In this document: positions 61,349 through 64,000 of the stretch, piece by piece
Position numbering within the stretch: the first letter of the stretch is position 1
Layout: each line of letters begins with the position of its first letter
NCBI GenBank assembly: GCA_963728205.1
Contig: CAVSIV010000002.1
Span: 544,001 to 608,000, forward strand
Length of the DNA: 64,000 bases
Source: an uncultured Chloroflexia bacterium
Lineage (GTDB): Bacteria > Chloroflexota > Dehalococcoidia > UBA2979
Direction: 5' to 3'
Notes under the pieces: generated by a model
What the model was told of the DNA's origin: nothing
The model's input: the letters and a program-made list of their open reading frames with translations, nothing else
Databases searched by the model: none
Program-made: the position numbers and the translations under genes

Positions 61349-61891
61349 CTACTGGGCGATCGCCGCCACGAGCCACTTCCCGTCGACCTGCTTGAGCGTG
61401 ATTGTCCGATGCGGGTTCGCGCTGACCTGCTGGTTTGCGTCGTTCACCTTCTCGAAGGGGATGAGGCCCGCGGAGGCCGCGGCCCCCGCGGCGGCGGCGG
61501 TGTAGTTGAGCTGGACCACGACCGTGGCGGTGTCCCCCTCGGTCTTGGTTGAGACGACCGAGTAGCCGTTGTCGGGCGGGAAGGGGAGCGCCATGAATCC
61601 GTCGTAGACCTTGTCGAGGCGCTGCGAGCTCCCCGCCGTGGTGGCGGTCTGAGCCTTCGTGCGCAGGTCCCCGGTCAGCAGCAGGCGCGTCTGGCCGGCG
61701 GTGATGTCGTCGCGCTGCGGCCCGGAACTGCGCTGCCAGCCGTCGAGCCACTGCTTGGCCACCTCGGCGGCCTTGCCACCGCCGCCGCCACCGCCGCCCC
61801 CACCGCCGCCGCCGCAGGCGGCTACGAACATCGTGCCCAGTGCGAGCAGCGCGACGAGCACACCGGCCAGTGTCAGTCCACGGCGACGCAT
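61349..61891 (-). CDS. Putative lipoprotein with a Gly13 linker
   Basis: MRRR n-region, hydrophobic core, VAA-C lipobox, 13 Gly, NTF2/DUF4878-like ending LKQVDGKWLV. Confidence 0.75.
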   Translation of the reverse strand: MRRRGLTLAGVLVALLALGTMFVAACGGGGGGGGGGGGGKAAEVAKQWLDGWQRSSGPQRDDITAGQTRLLLTGDLRTKAQTATTAGSSQRLDKVYDGFMALPFPPDNGYSVVSTKTEGDTATVVVQLNYTAAAAGAAASAGLIPFEKVNDANQQVSANPHRTITLKQVDGKWLVAAIAQ

Positions 61892-62024
61892 GCGACGACT
61901 CCATCCACGGGTCCAGTCCCTCAGGCTGCGCGGCACCATATAACAGGCGCGAACAGCCCCGCACCGTCACGCACGGGTGAGAGTCCCGTCTGCGCAGCGC
62001 CGCTCCGGCCGACGCGCCGCCCCG

Positions 62025-63815
62025 CTACGGGGCGGCGTCGACCGGTGCCTGCGTCGTCCGGGAGTCGCGCTCGTCGACGAGGCGATCAGCCAGCTGGAAC
62101 AGCGGCATCGCGCCGAGGTTGTCGCCGGTGCGATCGCGCACCGCAACGGCCTCCGCCTCCGCCTCGCGGTCGCCCACGACGAGCATGTACGGCACGCGCT
62201 GCAGCTGCGCGCGTCGGATCTTGTTGCCCATGCGCTCGTTGGAGTCGTCGATCTCGATGCGCAGCCCGCGCCGCTGCAGCTCGCGCGCGACGTGCGCCGC
62301 GTACTCGACGTGCCGATCGGCGATCGGGATCACCACGGCCTGCACCGGAGCCAGCCACAGGGGGAAGCGGCCCTCCGTGTGCTCGATGTACACCCCGAGG
62401 AAGCGCTCGAGCGATCCGAGGATCGCGCGGTGCAGCATTGCGGGACGGTGCTCGGCGCCGTCGTCGCCGATGTACTTCAGCCCGAAGTTCGTCGGCATGC
62501 CCATGTCGATCTGCAGTGTGCCGAGCTGCCATGACCGGCCCAGCGCGTCACGGAAGTGGAACTCGACCTTCGGCGCGTAGAACGCCGCCTCCCCCGGTGC
62601 GAGCTCGTAGTCCCACCCGGCGCCGCGCACGCGCTCCTCGAGCAGCGCCTCGGCGTGATCCCAGTCCTCCGACGTGCCGATGTAGTGCTCGCCGCGCGTG
62701 GCGATCTTCACCTCAACGTCGCCGAGGCCGAGGTCGCCGTAGATCTCGCGCACCATGTCGAAGACGTGCTCGATCTCCTCGTCCATCTGCTCGGGGGTGC
62801 AGAAGATGTGCGCATCGTCCTGGCTGAACGACCGCACGCGCGTCAGGCCGTGCAGCACGCCGGAGCGCTCGTTGCGGTGCAGCCGCGTGAACTCCGCGAA
62901 GCGCACCGGCAGGTCGCGGTACGAGTGCAGCGACGCGTTGTAGAGCCAGCAGTGGCCCGGGCAGTTCATCGGCTTCACGCCGACCTCCGCCTCGTCGTCC
63001 GCCATCTTGTACATGTCCGGGAAGAGGTCGTAGTGACCCGACGTCTTGAAGATGTCGGTGTTGAAGAGTTGCGGGGTGATTACCTCGCTGTACCCGTACT
63101 TCGGGTAGAGCGAGCGCACGTACTCGACGAGGCCGTTGTAGAGAATCGCGCCCTTGGGGTGGAAGAACGGCGAGCCCGGCGAGATCGGGTCGAGGTGGAA
63201 GAGGTCGAGCTCCCGGCCGAGCCGGCGGTGGTCGCGCTGCTCGGCTTCCTCGCGCGCCTTGAGGTAGGCGTCGAGCTCGCTCTGCGTCGGGAAGAGCGCG
63301 CCGTAGACGCGCTGGAGCATCGGCCGGTGCTCGTCGCCGCGCCAGTAGGCGCCGGCGGTGTGCGTGAGCTTGAACGCGCCGATCTGGCCGGTGCGCTCGG
63401 TGTGGCCGCCGCGGCAGAGGTCCTCGAAGTCGCCGTGCATGAAATGCCCGACCGTCTCGTCCGGGATGTCGTCGATCAGCTCGAGCTTGTACGGCTGGTT
63501 CTTGAAGATCTCGCGTGCGCGGTCCTTCGGGATCCATTCGCCGCGCACGGGAAGGTCGGCGGCGATGCTGCGCCGCATGCGCGCCTCGAGGTGCTCCAGG
63601 TCGTCGGGCGTGAGCGTGCGGGGCAGGTCGAAGTCGTAGTAGAACCCGTTCTCGATCGGCGGGCCGATGGCGTACTTCGCCTCGGGGAACATCTCGAGCA
63701 CGGCCTCGGCCAGCACGTGCGCTGCGGAGTGTCGCATGCGGAAGAGCCGCTCCTCCGGGGACAGCTGATCGAACGGCACGTCGTCGTGGCGCTGCTGCTC
63801 GTCCTGGTCGCTCAT
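62025..63815 (-). CDS. thrS: Threonine-tRNA ligase (short form without N-terminal TGS domain)
   Basis: RHSAAHVLA, DLCRGGH, RDHRRLG, KPMNCPGH, HGLTRVRSFSQDDAH, HRAILGS.ERF. Confidence 0.98.
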   Translation of the reverse strand: MSDQDEQQRHDDVPFDQLSPEERLFRMRHSAAHVLAEAVLEMFPEAKYAIGPPIENGFYYDFDLPRTLTPDDLEHLEARMRRSIAADLPVRGEWIPKDRAREIFKNQPYKLELIDDIPDETVGHFMHGDFEDLCRGGHTERTGQIGAFKLTHTAGAYWRGDEHRPMLQRVYGALFPTQSELDAYLKAREEAEQRDHRRLGRELDLFHLDPISPGSPFFHPKGAILYNGLVEYVRSLYPKYGYSEVITPQLFNTDIFKTSGHYDLFPDMYKMADDEAEVGVKPMNCPGHCWLYNASLHSYRDLPVRFAEFTRLHRNERSGVLHGLTRVRSFSQDDAHIFCTPEQMDEEIEHVFDMVREIYGDLGLGDVEVKIATRGEHYIGTSEDWDHAEALLEERVRGAGWDYELAPGEAAFYAPKVEFHFRDALGRSWQLGTLQIDMGMPTNFGLKYIGDDGAEHRPAMLHRAILGSLERFLGVYIEHTEGRFPLWLAPVQAVVIPIADRHVEYAAHVARELQRRGLRIEIDDSNERMGNKIRRAQLQRVPYMLVVGDREAEAEAVAVRDRTGDNLGAMPLFQLADRLVDERDSRTTQAPVDAAP

Positions 63816-63854
63816 CGTCCGCTCCTCTGCGCTCGGCCCGGTTCCCGGGAATGC

Positions 63855-64000
63855 AAAACGCGCCTCCGTCCGTCGGGACGAGAGGCGCGCTCACGTGGTT
63901 CCACCCGAGTTCCTCCGCCCGCCGCGGCGGTGCCGCGCGGGTGGAGCTCGTTGACCCGTAACGGGGGCCGGCCGCCGCGGGTTCGCCCGCGGGCTCGGGG
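63855..64000 (-). ncRNA. T-box riboswitch leader of thrS (3' part; Stem I beyond window end)
   Basis: AACTCGGGTGGAACCACG T-box at 63894-63911; CCGTTA box at 63959-63964; terminator cgcgcctc...gaggcgcg+TTTT at 63855-63889. Confidence 0.92.

Overview
Very GC-rich (by eye about 70% or more), gene-dense core-chromosome segment of a bacterium. The protein families and gene order suggest Chloroflexota, probably class Dehalococcoidia (inference). About 60 CDSs cover replication and repair (pcrA, dnaG, xseAB, xerC, topA, dprA, ruvX), transcription and translation (rpoD, efp, alaS, pheS, pheT, thrS with a T-box, infC-rpmI-rplT, rluB), the shikimate pathway (aroQ, aroE, aroC, aroK-aroB fusion), envelope precursors (glmS, glmU, mltG, plsC), ppdK, moeA/mobB and accC/accB. 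I found no rRNA, tRNA, CRISPR array, transposase or prophage, and no clear-cut new multi-gene system. The best leads are: a membrane-anchored baseplate-J-like protein in the alaS-ruvX-mltG operon; a candidate nucleoid locus (HTH-less Lrp/AsnC, stand-alone H1-like protein, small Cys/His protein); a symmetric bidirectional promoter driving two leaderless genes; non-AUG starts (cmk ATT, infC ATC); an EF-P without the PGKG loop; a WYL-type operator; an ECF-type promoter before dnaG-rpoD; and several proteins that appear to have lost their family metal ligands. All calls come from reading the sequence only; no database searches were run.
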